Source: Raillietiella orientalis (Eukaryota). Taken from it: 64,000 nt of DNA. The stretch spans positions 868,001 to 932,000 of the forward strand of contig JAYWIR010000018.1 in assembly GCA_036172245.1 (NCBI GenBank). The letters are read 5' to 3'. A program made the position numbers and the translations under genes. Position 1 is the first letter of the stretch, and every line of letters begins with the position of its first letter. The notes beneath the pieces are model-generated. The model was not told the DNA's origin. It ran no database searches and worked only from the letters and a program-made list of their open reading frames with translations. Positions 25,750 through 37,500 of this stretch are shown in pieces.

Positions 25750-26270
25750 ACTCTTCTGGAAGGATGCGTCAGCTGGCCGTCGTGCTAGGATTTCCGCAGA
25801 GTCTACTGAGGGCCGCAGGGCGTGGCCCTCGAAAAGTGTCCGGAAGGTGCTTTCAGGAGGACGGAAGGCATGCACAAAAAGGAAACAGCGGTTGCATCAG
25901 CTCCTTGGAAGGACGCTGGAAACTCGGCTGGAAAGAACGTCTCTTCGGTTCCCTCCCCTTCCATACCACCTCTGTCTCTGTTGAAAACCAAGCGCGAGTG
26001 GACTTCGAGAGCACTCAGGAGCAATTATCACTCTTGCAAGGGAGTCCATATCAGGAAGGAGAGGGTCCCTGCCCGGACAAGCAGGATGCTTCTATCCGGT
26101 TAGGACCAAGATGCGGCTCTGGGATCGAGGCATTGCCACAGGAGTTGCGTTTCCTCCTGCGGCTCCGCGTGTCTCCCGAAACCGCATCCCTAATCTTGCG
26201 GAACAAAGTGGGCACGAACTCCGGAGACGAGCGGAGGACGCCTCGTGCGCCTGTGATCAGCTGAGCTGGG
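25750..26270 (+). mobile_element. R2/NeSL-like C-terminal remnant
   Basis: REWTSRALRSN followed by PRCGSGIEALPQ (W.F..RAR.N..RCG...ETLPH-like). Confidence 0.4.
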
Positions 26271-26299
26271 ATCAATGCTGCTTCTAGAGAGCACTCCGA

Positions 26300-27200
26300 C
26301 CGAGCAAGTGGTTCTTGCGCTAGCGAGCTCTTCCGATGCGGGGTTCGGCACCAGTAGCGCCATGATGATCTCAGCGAGGATGTATGACACCACGTGACAC
26401 TCGTTTCTCTCTCTCTCTTGTTAGTGTCGGTTGTCAAGCTGGATGAACTCTTCGGCGTGGGCGCAGAGCCAACATTCCGAAAGATGCAGCCGCGGTGTTC
26501 CTTCATCCCGTTGGCCTCGCCACAGTCTGCGACGTCGAGAGGCTGGTCTTGATTGATGCTCGGATGCTTTTCATAAACAAACGTTCCCCATTCCAGAATA
26601 GCGCAGACGCGGAAAGCACATTCGGGATTCGAAAAAAACTTCCCTTCCGCGCCACTTTCCGGACGCCGGGTTTCGAGATGCTCACATCGCGAGATCGAGA
26701 AGCCTTGGCACAGTCTGCTCAAAGATTCCACATGTTCCTCCGATTGGAAGTCAGTAGCGAAGAGGGAAGCGACCACCGGACATCTGTAATGACGTACCAC
26801 AGGGTCTGCGGGGGGTGACGCAGCAATAGCCAGGCGTCTTCTGAGTCAGAGGATGAAGAACGTCTAAGGAGCACCTGCTGCTGAGCACCAGGCAGCATCC
26901 GGAGCCCGACCCGACTGTGGTCAGTTGTGGCAGTCATGGTGATCCATCACCACCGCCATTGGATTGCATATCCTCTTTCTGCGAAGGTATTCGGTAATCG
27001 CCTCTTCTTCCACCGCTGTCTTAACGGTCCAAAGGCCACGCACCTAAGTACGAGATTTTCAGGCATATACCATTATAGGATGTGCCGCACCTCCGTATCC
27101 AGGAAATGCGCGTGCGTTGTCGCGGTCTTGGAAAGTCGCTTAGAGTTGCTTAGTTGTTTCGAAACCACAACGTGGTCAGATGGGTCCAACGGCGTTCCAT
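26300..27200 (-). mobile_element. R2-like CCHC/REL remnant, probable 3' part of the 28.6-30.1 kb RT
   Basis: RLPNT..DCHN..MLPGAQQQVLLRR, then PQTLWYVITDV (PD..IDV-like); same strand as and downstream of the RT below. Confidence 0.4.
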
Positions 27201-27849
27201 TCCTTTTTTTCGTTTGCTTTCAAACGACAACAAGCACCTTTCAAAGAGAAGAATCGAAAATATGGCCCCCCTTCGAACGCGTGCGTGGCGCTGCCGCAAC
27301 CATCGCAAGGATCCCATCCTCTCGATTACGGGGCCGTTCGGTCTCCGCGTCCCAAAACTGCGCTAAGGACGGGTCGAGAACACCTTGGAGATCCCTCTGG
27401 AGAATAGGAAACGTCACTTTCACCAGGAACGCCTTGGTTTCAGGCAGTCAACCTTCTCACCCCGGGATGCCGGCCCATTTGCCCGAAATAAATTAATAAT
27501 CATCGCCGAGAAAGTCCGAGAAAACGCTCGATGAGGAGGAGGAGGAGAAAGCGGCTTACTTCACCATTTCCACACCCCACCGCCTGAGGGGTGCTGCCCT
27601 CAGCTGGCAACTCTGCGTCTAAGCTGTCGAAGATCGGTCCCCTGCTTCTTTCCCATCCGCTTCCCCACGTCGCGGGAGCAGGAGGGTCCGTCCCATTTTG
27701 GGTGTTCGGTTCCCGGTGACGAAACCTCGACGCCGACTCTCTGCCTCCGGCGCCGAGGTGTATGCGGCGTCTCCGAACCCGCGCCTCCGTGTCCTTTCCG
27801 TCCAAGGTCGTTGGTAGGACCACGTTGCCAGAAGCCTCTACGCCTGTCG

Positions 27850-28560
27850 AACGGATCGCCTCTTCTTGCGAATGAATCTTCCAGCTCGTCTGCGGGTCGT
27901 GCGGAGCAAAAAGTGACAAAGTGCAAAAAGTTGACACTGTTGTCGCACGGTCTTGGCGATGCCACGAGGAATTCGCTCGCTGGGCATGCGGATAGCGCCA
28001 TCGCGGTGTTTGCTCTTCTTCTCATGCTCCCGAGCCGGCCTGAATGCTTGCGGGGTGTTCGCGGCTCAGGACGATGGCCCGGTCTCTTGTTCGCGACAGG
28101 ATGTCCGGGCGCAGCTGCCAGTCGACGCGTTGCTCCTGTTTCTCGTTCTTCGAGAGACCGTCCCCCGCACTCCTCCCCCCATCTTCCGTGAGCTGCCTTC
28201 GCCGTTAGCTTGACAGCCGCGTCGCGCCGTTGCATGGAGACGCGCGAAGGCCACCGGCGGAGGTTTTTCGCACGTGCGGCAGCCTCTCGTCTCGTGCCAC
28301 GCGTGCGCGGCGTGTTCGATCTTCGTCTGGTCTTCCGGCGCCCCCTCTCGCGGCCGGCAGGTTCAGCCGCATGCATAAATCTGCAGCCCGACAATCGTAG
28401 GTAGGTTCCGGAAAATGGGCAGTGAAACGATGAGCCATGTAATGCCACGCATGGCATCGCTTTCCCTCGATCCGGATACCCTTCGAGTGGAGGTTTCCCA
28501 TGCCTCGTTGCTAAGGAACGCACACATACATCGGATTCAATCTTCCCCCTCACGCTCCTC
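27850..28560 (+). mobile_element. R1/Loa-like 3' remnant inserted into the R2-like element
   Basis: LTLLSHG (LTQ.LSGHG-like) and LLFATGCP; GTAATGCC..GGCAT hairpin in the putative UTR (~28439-28457). Confidence 0.3.
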
Positions 28561-30100
28561 TTCAGAGTAGCATCCCCGACTGTCCGTCCGTGAAGGACCG
28601 GAGAATCTTCATTTGGCTGGATGTCCGTCTTACGACTTGCTCTTCGCGTGCCCGCTCAACGGTGCGAACTTTCTCGGTATCCTCCCGGACGTGCAGTCGC
28701 CCTTGTCCTGGTCTCAGGAAGCAGCTGGGACTTGTTCCTCGATCTCCTCCTGGGGAGGGGTGAGCAGATCGGGAGGCGGTGTGAGCTGCTTGAGGGATGC
28801 TGAGGTGAGAGAAGGTGCCGTCATTCTCGTTCGGCTTACCAGTGAGTGCCAGGAATCCCTCGGCACGCTCCTCATGCAAGACCACGTACTTCTGAAGCCC
28901 GCTCAACCTTCCAGCTTTTCCGTCAGCGAATGCCCAATCTCCTTGAGGTAAAACGCGAAGCTATGCGGAATGTGCTGGTCTGGACGAAAGAAAGCTTTCA
29001 GTGAAAGCAGATTGAGCTGCCTGAGGTCCACGAATCGCTCTTCGGAGTGCTCTCCAGGAATATCGATCCTGAACGGCTTGCCTGCCTAGCGTTTGCCTTC
29101 CTGGGATTCTTCGAATGCAGAAGTTTCTGTTTGGCTCATTTGGAACGTCTTTGGCCTCTCCCCACTTCCTTGGGTTCACAGATGAGCAGGGATCTTCCTG
29201 CACAGCTCCTCCTCGGACGACCTGAGCTGCCCTTGCGGTTCCTCTGGTAACCTGGTAATCCTAGCGAGGTCGCCTCCGTATGCGACAGATCGGATCCTGT
29301 GTCCGAAACGGTGGTTTCATTGCCCGTAGGGAGTGGTTCCAACTCCACGCCGCGAGCTCTGAGGGCGCCCTCGACGGCTCCTCATGGCTTTCACGGAAGA
29401 AGCGTCCTATCTTATGGGATTCGCCACTGCTGTTCCAATGCGATCTTCGATTTCTCAGGGTCTCTTGCATCTCCTGAAGGGAGACCACGCCGAAAACATC
29501 GTCTGGATCTACAGAGACTGTACAAGCCTACTCCGCATAGATATGGATCTTCGAGTCTCCCTCTATTTCCATGCAGAGCCACTTGCAGGACGAAGATCTA
29601 TTACAGCAGCTCGCTGAATCGGTAAAATCTCTTTTGCTCTAGGCAGATCATGCTGCTTTCCATTATGCGTTCCGGTAGCTCACGCGACAGGCTCTTCTCG
29701 TACAACTGCAAAGTGCCTGTCGATGCAAGCACAGTCTCCTATGGATCAATATCCATGGGGGATTGCCTCCAGCCGTCTACTCCACCCCGATCCAGTTCAT
29801 GTGAGGGGGTGGAAACAAGAGTTGAGTCTTCCTACCAGGATGGGGTCTTTAATGCCTTCCGACGAATATTAAAAACCCCGTGGATAGTAGCCCCGCTTCC
29901 TCTGATCATCATCCTTCATCTGGCATAAGAGATGCCATTGATTTCTGGTAAGGAATCTTCTGCATCCCGGAGGATCATTTTCACCTTCTCGTTTCCCTTT
30001 CTGAGATCCAGTGCAGATAGTAGTTCTTCCTCACTCTTGATAAGTCCGTTTCAGAGATGATCCGGCTTCGAGCACCTCGGCAAAGTGCCGTCCCGCTTCA
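28560..30100 (-). mobile_element. R2/NeSL-like reverse transcriptase remnant
   Basis: GISYAR..IHGVFNI..PSW*EDSTLV..DGWRQ, LYEKSLSREL, EQKRF, DDVFGVVS, VAYGGDLARI..PQGQL and SVNPRKW occur in the canonical R2 RT order. Confidence 0.65.
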
Positions 30101-30799
30101 TCTTCCGGATGCTTCAGTGCACCTCTGTAGCACTCACGAAAATTTTGCCGCCACTTTTGCTCATTCCCCACGACCACTGTGCTTGTAGTTTCTTCCCAGC
30201 GTCAGTTTTCTGATTCATGGCCTACACACCCCAATTCTTTCATCAGGGTCTCTCCCCCCCCCCCCTAAGTTTCCGGCGGACCGCCATCTCGCCGGTCCAC
30301 TGGGGAAACCCCTCGAAGCGAGGAACTGCGTCATCACTCCTCGGCCGGTCATGGTGTCTTGGGGATGGCTGATCCACTGTCACGTGGTCGCTCTGGAATG
30401 TGTGTTGATTCAGAAATGAACGTACAAATCCAGGGAGGGAAAGGTTGTAAGTCGTATGATGCAAAACCAAGGTCTCCTAAAAACAGAAATCAGTAAATGA
30501 GTGAACAAAGGAATTCAGGGGATAGGGAGGGGAGGGTGACTTACCAACAGGATCCGTTTCTTTGCGCCCCGATTCGTCGTTCTATGCGAGCTGCGTGTTT
30601 TCTTGTCGCGCAAGTCCAAGCGCAACCGTCCTGCCACTTTCTGTAGAAGAGTGACGACCGTGAGGACGTCCTACCGCTGCTCTCTGGTTCCAATGGGTTC
30701 CCGCGCCGCCTCAGACGAAACACGAGCTGGTGATGACGGCGGAGATGGTGGGTGGGTGATCCTCTGCCGGAAAAAAAAAAAAAAAAACAACTTCCTTGA

Positions 30800-31320
30800 T
30801 TCCGCGATCAGCGTGAGGCAGCCAGGGTTTTGGCTACGGCATCGCCCCACCGGATGGACGACCACGCAATACGCCAACGGGCGAGAGTGATCCTCCTGAC
30901 CCGCCGTCGCACCGCTTGCCGTTCTCAGGCACCACCTGGCACCACAATCTTAGACACGAGATATGCTATCCACTTCGTCGCCCGATTCACGAGGATGGCA
31001 ACGAGGTGGCCCTACCTGAAGGACAATATGCAGCACGAGCTTGCCGGCATCCTCGACAGGATGCCGAGGACCGCCTCCAGCAGGATGCGATTCCATCCTG
31101 CACCCCACTCCCCCAAAGTTTATTTATTTATTCTTATTCTTGTTTCCTTTCCTTTTTCGTTTGCCCCCTCCCCTCTGCTGTGGAGGACCTCACCGGTCGG
31201 CGAACTGGTAACTCGGCAGGCTCCCGGTAAAACGCGCGTGGTTGGACACCAGTCCGACACAAATTTTTGTAGATGTTTATTTTTATTTAAATAAATGTCC
31301 CAGCTACCCTGGTGAGAACG
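30800..31320 (+). mobile_element. L1/Tx1-like 3' end
   Basis: FTRMATRWPYL..QHELAGILDR matches the C-terminus at ~6575-6660; structured UTR 31175-31260; AATAAA-tgt-CCCAG-ctacc-CTGGTGAGAAC. Confidence 0.65.
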
Positions 31321-31463
31321 CAGACACGAGATGTCGCGCCTTCAGTGCCCAGGAAACCTCAGCGAATCGGATCACCTTTTGCTCTTTGAGGAAAAGCGCT
31401 GATCTGTCAGCTCACGTTCGGGAATCACCCACCTCTCGCCTTGGCAGGGTAAGCTAATCTCAG

Positions 31464-31980
31464 GCGGGATAGTAGGAACCCTGCCACACGCGTTCCTCGG
31501 ATGCGGAAGACTGCGGAGGGTACGGATGCGCGAGCCGTCGCAGGGGCACGCCTGCTTCCCAGATAGACCAGGCCTCCGATGCCCCTCACTTGTCCAGACG
31601 CCTGCCGGTCGCTTCCTCGCCGGCACGTTTTCTGCCACGTGCGAGCCAACGGCGATGGACCCCATGGAGGAAGGATGCAGCCGTCGTCACCTGCCGGGTA
31701 GCCGTTCGCGGTCGCCTTCGCCCTCGCGCGGAAGCCGACTCAGTGGTCCGATCCGGGACGTGGGCCACGAAGGGCAGAGCCCGCGGGTGGTGTAACCGGG
31801 AAGCGGTGAACGCACGCACGGTCCTTCCCCTCATCCCTCCCCTGCCCGACGTGGGTCCCTCGGGAACGACCGTTCACGGTCGTGGGGCACTGATCCGTCC
31901 CAACGCCCATTTCTCTATCCGTCGACCGTCGCTGCTGTGAGCGTGGGCCATGTCCCCAGCGAGCGTGACCCTTTTGGTCT
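31464..31980 (-). repeat. Right arm of long inverted repeat (partner 17741-18266)
   Basis: Reverse complement of the left arm; matching ORF translations in the track (17896-18144 and 31586-31834). Confidence 0.95.
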
Positions 31981-32480
31981 TCCGGGCCGGTCCATGTCGG
32001 TCCTTCTCTAACTATATGAACTTTCATTCAATTATTTTAAATAAATAGTCTGGAAATCCGGGACGAGAAGGGAAAATGCAAACGATGCCTTCATCTTTAA
32101 TGCTTCCGCTAAAGTCTTCGAAAACTTGGTAAGACTGCTCATCGAAGCTACCCCGTAAGAAAGCTGCGGGACCCAGTAACATTTATGGGAGTTTCATTCC
32201 TCCCCTTCCATGATCGCCTCCTGCTGCAGCGGGTCGAGTGCATCCTAGACCGTGGGGTCGGCTCTTCTTCGCTGCGTCTTTCGGCGTCCTCGAAAGATGC
32301 GGTTCTATGGTGAGCCCCTAGGTCGAAGGAAGGCAGGTTTGGCGCCCGTGGCTATTTCGAGAAAAAAAGAAAAAAAAACATCCAACGGTCGGTATAGCGA
32401 GTGGTGGCATTGGAGGCAAAAGGATTCTGCAGAACTTTCTGCCACCGTATCCTTCCGTGAGGGGGATTTGCTCGAGCTCG

Positions 32481-33000
32481 TTGGGTTGACACCCGGTAGC
32501 TCTGGGGCCTTTATCTATATAAAAAATAAACGTACAGGTCAGTGGCCGGACGCTCCTACCACGTTATAAATATAATAAAAGGAACCTGCCGTGTGCCGGC
32601 GTGCAGGCCGGCGAGATTCGCCTCGGCAGTAGAGGGGGAGGGGAGGGGGACTAACAAAAAAAGAAAATAAAACAAGAAATATGTACAAAAGAAATTGGGA
32701 GAGTTCGGGAAGGGATCACCGGGTGCTGGAGGGTGCCTTCTGCATCCTTGTAAGGATGACGGGAAGTTCCTGTTTCAAGACTCCAGATGGAGCCGTCTTG
32801 ATGCTGTCCTCATGAAGAGGACAGTAAAATACATGGTGCCCCTGTCGTCCTGACCTCCTCTGACGTTACTCCATGCAGCCACGATCCCGCCGCGTGGGAG
32901 GCAAAGTGCTGCTAGGGATGCGGCCGGCTTGATGGCATCGCGCTGGCAGTGGCGCTTCAGGAGGTCTCTGGGGTTGCCCTCGGGGATCCGCTGGGACGCT
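32481..33000 (-). mobile_element. L1/Tx1-like 3' end, close relative of 6410-6890
   Basis: Clear reverse-complement nucleotide homology to 6410-6890 (e.g. CGGCCGCATCCCTAGCAGCACTTTGC), including all three UTR modules. Confidence 0.75.
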
Positions 33001-33099
33001 GCAAAGGGTTGGCGCTCATGAAACCACTCGTCCGAGCTCCTCCCCTCTCCAGACCGAGCCCGGCCACACTCCTGGTTTCGTCCAAGAAGCCACGTGTGG

Positions 33100-34470
33100 G
33101 TTTCTTCGTTGCTGGCGAGCGTCGCGGCTTCCCCTCAGAGCCCGGAACCTCACCCGTCGGAGCAACCGAGGAGCGAGTCGAGTTCCCTCGAAACGACTAG
33201 AAGAAAGGACTTGAAGAGAAAGGATCGGAACCTCGCCTCACCTGGGATGGAAATCGGAGAGGGAACAGAGAGAGTAACGGGAGAGCTGACAAGTGGGATG
33301 AAGAAGCGGCAGGGAACACGATTCCCAGGAGAAGGGACCGAATGGGAGGGAAGCGGGGCGCTGCTGTCTCCGGTCCCGTGAGGGCGAGCTCGAGGGCGCG
33401 TCTTCGCAGAGCTTCGTGGAGGCCGTTTAGACGCCTGCCAGACGCCAGCGCCATCCACGGGACTCGTTCCGAACCGTGACGGTGATGAGCCGCTTCCCTC
33501 TTTTGCTTCCTGATTGGTCCACAGGGAGGCTGGATGTGGCCTGTATGACCACGCGTCGTCAAAGCACCACTCGTGCCTTACACAAATGCGGCGAGTACAG
33601 CATTGATTACCTCGCCTGCAATGATCAGCTGATCCCGAGGAGCGCTGGAGCGCGAGCGCCGGGAATGCATGCGAGCCTCCCCTGGAATCACCAGTCCCGA
33701 AAAACGGGAGACAGGCAGACATGCCGATCGTCCTCGACGGCGTTGGCTGGGGGAAGCTCCCCCTTTTTGCGTCGTTCCGAGCCAGGCAGGAGGAGGAGGA
33801 GCAGCAGCAGCATCGCGACTTTTTATCAGCGTGTCGATGAAGAGTCCCGTAAAAACGTCACCGCCGCCCCTGCCGCCGCGACTTCCCGAAATAGCATCGC
33901 GACGCGGAGCGCTCCTGCGTGGGAGCATCCGGTCCTTTTGCGCAGGAGGCCGGAGCTGCTCCCCCCCCCCACGCGAGGTGGATCCCCGCTTTTACGACGA
34001 CTGCCCCAGACGGATGGATCCTTCGGCGCGCCACATTCCCCGTCCTTCGCCTCGGAGGAGCTCCTTCGGCCAAGCGACCGCCTGGATGCCGCCGCACCCG
34101 TGGAGGATGCGACCTGGCGACTCCTGCCCGCCTCCCTCACCTCCTTCCCAGCGGAGTCTACGGCAGGCTCCGCCCGCGCGCAGGGACACAACAGGAAACG
34201 GGAGCACAAGAAACACAGTGTGGTTCGCGCGCGGGGATTCTCCGGGCAACACCCGCGGGCTGTGAGATTCGTCCATCGAATGAGGGGTGCTCGCCGCTCC
34301 CCGGAAGTCAACTGGGCAAATTGGCCGGCTCCAAATTCCCCGGCGTCCGCGCGACTCGCCCCCCGTGAGCACCGACGCCGCGCTAGGAGCGTCGTGGGTT
34401 TCGTGGACTCTGCGAAAGCGCGCTCCCTCGGGATCGGGGAGCCATCCCCTTCGGAGTCCCCGTACCCCAG
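33100..34470 (-). mobile_element. Non-LTR RT remnant, homologous to 45600-47270
   Basis: 34090-34430 aligns by eye with 46840-47265 (GCGCGCGGGGATTCTCC; GTGAGCA.CGACGCCGC); GLFIDTL..AW..QKGG and GEVINAVL RT-like motifs. Confidence 0.4.
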
Positions 34471-34480
34471 TTCGTGCCCA

Positions 34481-34539
34481 AATCCGCAAACTGCCATTCC
34501 CGCGCGCCCGGGGTGTGCGGGAATGGCAGTTTGCGGATT
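34481..34539. repeat. 59-bp palindrome/hairpin
   Basis: Perfect 23-bp arms AATCCGCAAACTGCCATTCCCGC / GCGGGAATGGCAGTTTGCGGATT around a 13-nt spacer that also pairs via G-T. Confidence 0.95.
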
Positions 34540-34586
34540 GCGCGCGAAACAGTTCAAGGAGAAGATAGCTTTGTTCCACGCCCGTT

Positions 34587-37500
34587 CCAAGTTCCTGTTC
34601 TAAGATTTCCGGATGGAGCCATCTTGACACTGTCCTCACGAAGAAGACAGCAAAATTGATGGCGTCCCTGTCGTCCTGGTCTCCTCTGGCGTTGCCGCTG
34701 GGTGTTCCAAGGGTCGCGGCAAAGCGTCCCCAAAGGAGTCAGAGGGCAGCACAGTCCACTAGAAGGTGAGGGAAGGATTCCCGCTCCCCGCACCTTGCAG
34801 TATGGATCCACACCTCCCCTTGTCCAACGATGTGCGGGCGTTGCACGGTAGTCCCCCAGTGTAGCAGCAGCAGCTCCAACTCCAACTTTGAGGGGAGGTT
34901 GCGGGTGTTCATGAGCACCAGGGGCCACTGCAGGTCTTCCTCTGGGATACCCAGTAGCACGCAAAAGTCCACGAGGTCGAGCAATCGGAGTCGCAGCGTC
35001 GCTGAGCTGGCCTGTTGTCCTCTCTCCCGTCCAGTCCTTTTCTCCTTCCGGAGATTTCCACAGTAGCCTCCCATCTAGATCTCACTGGTGCAGAGTTCAC
35101 GGCCGTGGGCTTGAATCCCGACGGCGAACCCGCTCGCGACGGAGTCCCTTGTCTTTGGCGCGCGATGCCGGACCCTTTGGGTTCTCGTCCCGGGCAAGCG
35201 GGGAGGGGTTGCGCACCTCCCGTAGCCGGGCGCTGCGGCGGCGCCATGATTTTCTCTTTCCGTGGTCGCCTACCCCACCATGATTTCGATCCTGTAGGAC
35301 ATGTCCTCAGAACGAATCCCTCCCCTGGGACGAGGAAGCGTGGCTGACGCAAATCCAAATTTCTAAAGCATGTCCAGATCAAAAATTTCGCAGGGATGTT
35401 TTTGGGGGAGGAGCCGTTCCGCCTCCCCCAGGAGTCCCGTGCAGCGGATGGAGGAAGAGGTCTCGAATGGGGATGGGGTGAAAGGTGAGAAGTTTCCTTC
35501 CATCCCAGAATATTACTTCATGGAAACGCAGAGCCTAGTTTCCCTGGAACACGCCTGCTTCTGAATCTGGCGCACCACCTGCTTGGCGCCCGAGGTGCCT
35601 GAACGCTTCCTGGAGAGAAGGCGTCCCGTTGCAGGGGGAGACCTTCTCGCTATCCCGGGTTCGCAGCGAGAGAAGAGAGGGAAAAAAGGGAGGAGTTCCT
35701 GCTGCGCGCGCCGTGCAACCCATCTGGAACGGGTAGGAACAAAGCGGAGGTCACCGGAATTTCTCGCAGTAGCCACGCGCGGCCTGAGCACCGACGGGAA
35801 GGGTCAGTCCACCTCCCCACCCCTTTCCTCTACCCATTCCTGCTGCTGCGAACGAACAGCATCTACCCTCGCCTCTTCTCGAGCTGCAAGGACCGGGGGG
35901 AAGAGAGGGAGGTGGAGGAGTCGACGAGGCATTCCCGAAGCAGGGCTGCTCCCCCCCTTCTTCTCCTGCCTTTTGCAGCTCCGAGAATCTCTTGGACAGG
36001 AGATTCCCGGAGGTCCATCATCTTCCGCCGAAACGGACCGGAGAAGCGAGACCCCCTCCACCCTCACGCCGCCGCTTGCCTTGAAGAGCCCGCGACATTC
36101 TGAAGGTGGCGCCGCGCACTCTGTGCAACTCCGACTCCGGGGAACGACCCTTCCCAAGGGAGTCAAGTCGACCCTGGAGTGGGACGGCTGCGGACACAGA
36201 GGGGAGAGCGCTCGCATCCCTCGTCCGCCCTTGGAGGAATGGGGGAGGAGGAGAAAGGAGGAGCTAATAGAAGGAAGAACCCTATCAAGCTGTGTGATCC
36301 CGAATAAGAGGGTCCCTCCCTGATTCTCCTCTCACCTCGCTCCCTTCCCTCTTGGAGGAGGAGTCGCTGAGCTCGTACGAAACCGCGTGCGGGTCGCTCG
36401 GTTTCAACCACGGGGCGTCTCCAAGTCACGGTCTCTTCTATCGTCCCCTGGATAGACCCCAGTTCTCTCTCCGGATGGATGGTGGTGCAGAGAAGGCTGC
36501 ACAAGAGTCTCTTGTCCCTCCTCCTGAAGGGATTCCTCCGAAAGGCAGCTCTACGAGTCGAGGGCGAGCGTTCGAAGCCGAAGGCGAGCCGCGGTCACCC
36601 GCCCATTCCGCCATAGACAACGGAGGAATGTCGCTGGACGCAATCACGGCCTGGCGGGTGGCTTTCCCGGCCCCTAGCCGCGAGGGTTGAGACGGACGAG
36701 GCCTACTCCATCCAGGGAGCCCCACCTGACCACTGCATCTCGCAACACTCCTCACCAGCAGCAGAAGAGCCGCCAGATGCCGTCCGGCGCGTGCACTCAC
36801 TGGCGAACTTCACATCCGAGAGGACTGCGATGTGAGCGCAGCCCGCGGTGACACGGGGGAGCTCCCTTTTTGTGCGTATACACAATGTACACGCACAAAG
36901 TAGTACAGTACCTGCAAAGCGGAAGTCTCCAGCTTCCAGTCTTTCCTTCCCCTATGGACTCCTTTCCTCCCATCCCAGCTTCCCGCTAGTCGATAACTCG
37001 CGTCCCTCCTTCCAAAATGGCCATTGGGTTCCCTTCCCAAACCACCCCAGGAACTGATCGAGACCAACACACGCATCAGCAGAAGGGCGTCCCTTTCCAG
37101 AACCAGCACGTGTCCTGGCAGCAGGGAGAGCTCGTCACTCCCCCCGAAAGGCACCATCCGAGCCGCGCACGCAGTTCCGCTACCCATGGACGGCCTTGAC
37201 CTCCTTCGGGCACGCGCGCACCTATCCTTGTGTGCCCAGCAGGGACGCAGCACACGCAGCAGGGACGCTGGAAGCTGTCATTCTTCGCCATCGTTCCTCT
37301 CACCACGCTCATCCCCGCGCGGCGAGAAGGCACTAGGATGTTTCGCTGAAGTGCGCGGGCACCCGGAGGCGCGCCCACGCTCCGCCTCCATTGGAAAGAG
37401 ATCACCCACTCCAGACACCGGCGACCACCTAATGTCCAAAACCGACAGAGGTGCATCTTTCATCCCCTCTCCTCCCCTCCCCACCTTCCGCCTTCCACCC

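Noticed and set aside
17792..31938. Polinton/Maverick or other large TIR transposon suggested by ~450-bp inverted repeats 14 kb apart
   Set aside because: No TSD or simple terminal motif, homology fades beyond the core rather than ending sharply, and the interior holds only non-LTR debris.
34360..34420. STDAALG as a DIRS/Gypsy RNase H TDAS motif
   Set aside because: No accompanying tyrosine recombinase, integrase or LTR; the opposite strand fits a non-LTR layout better.
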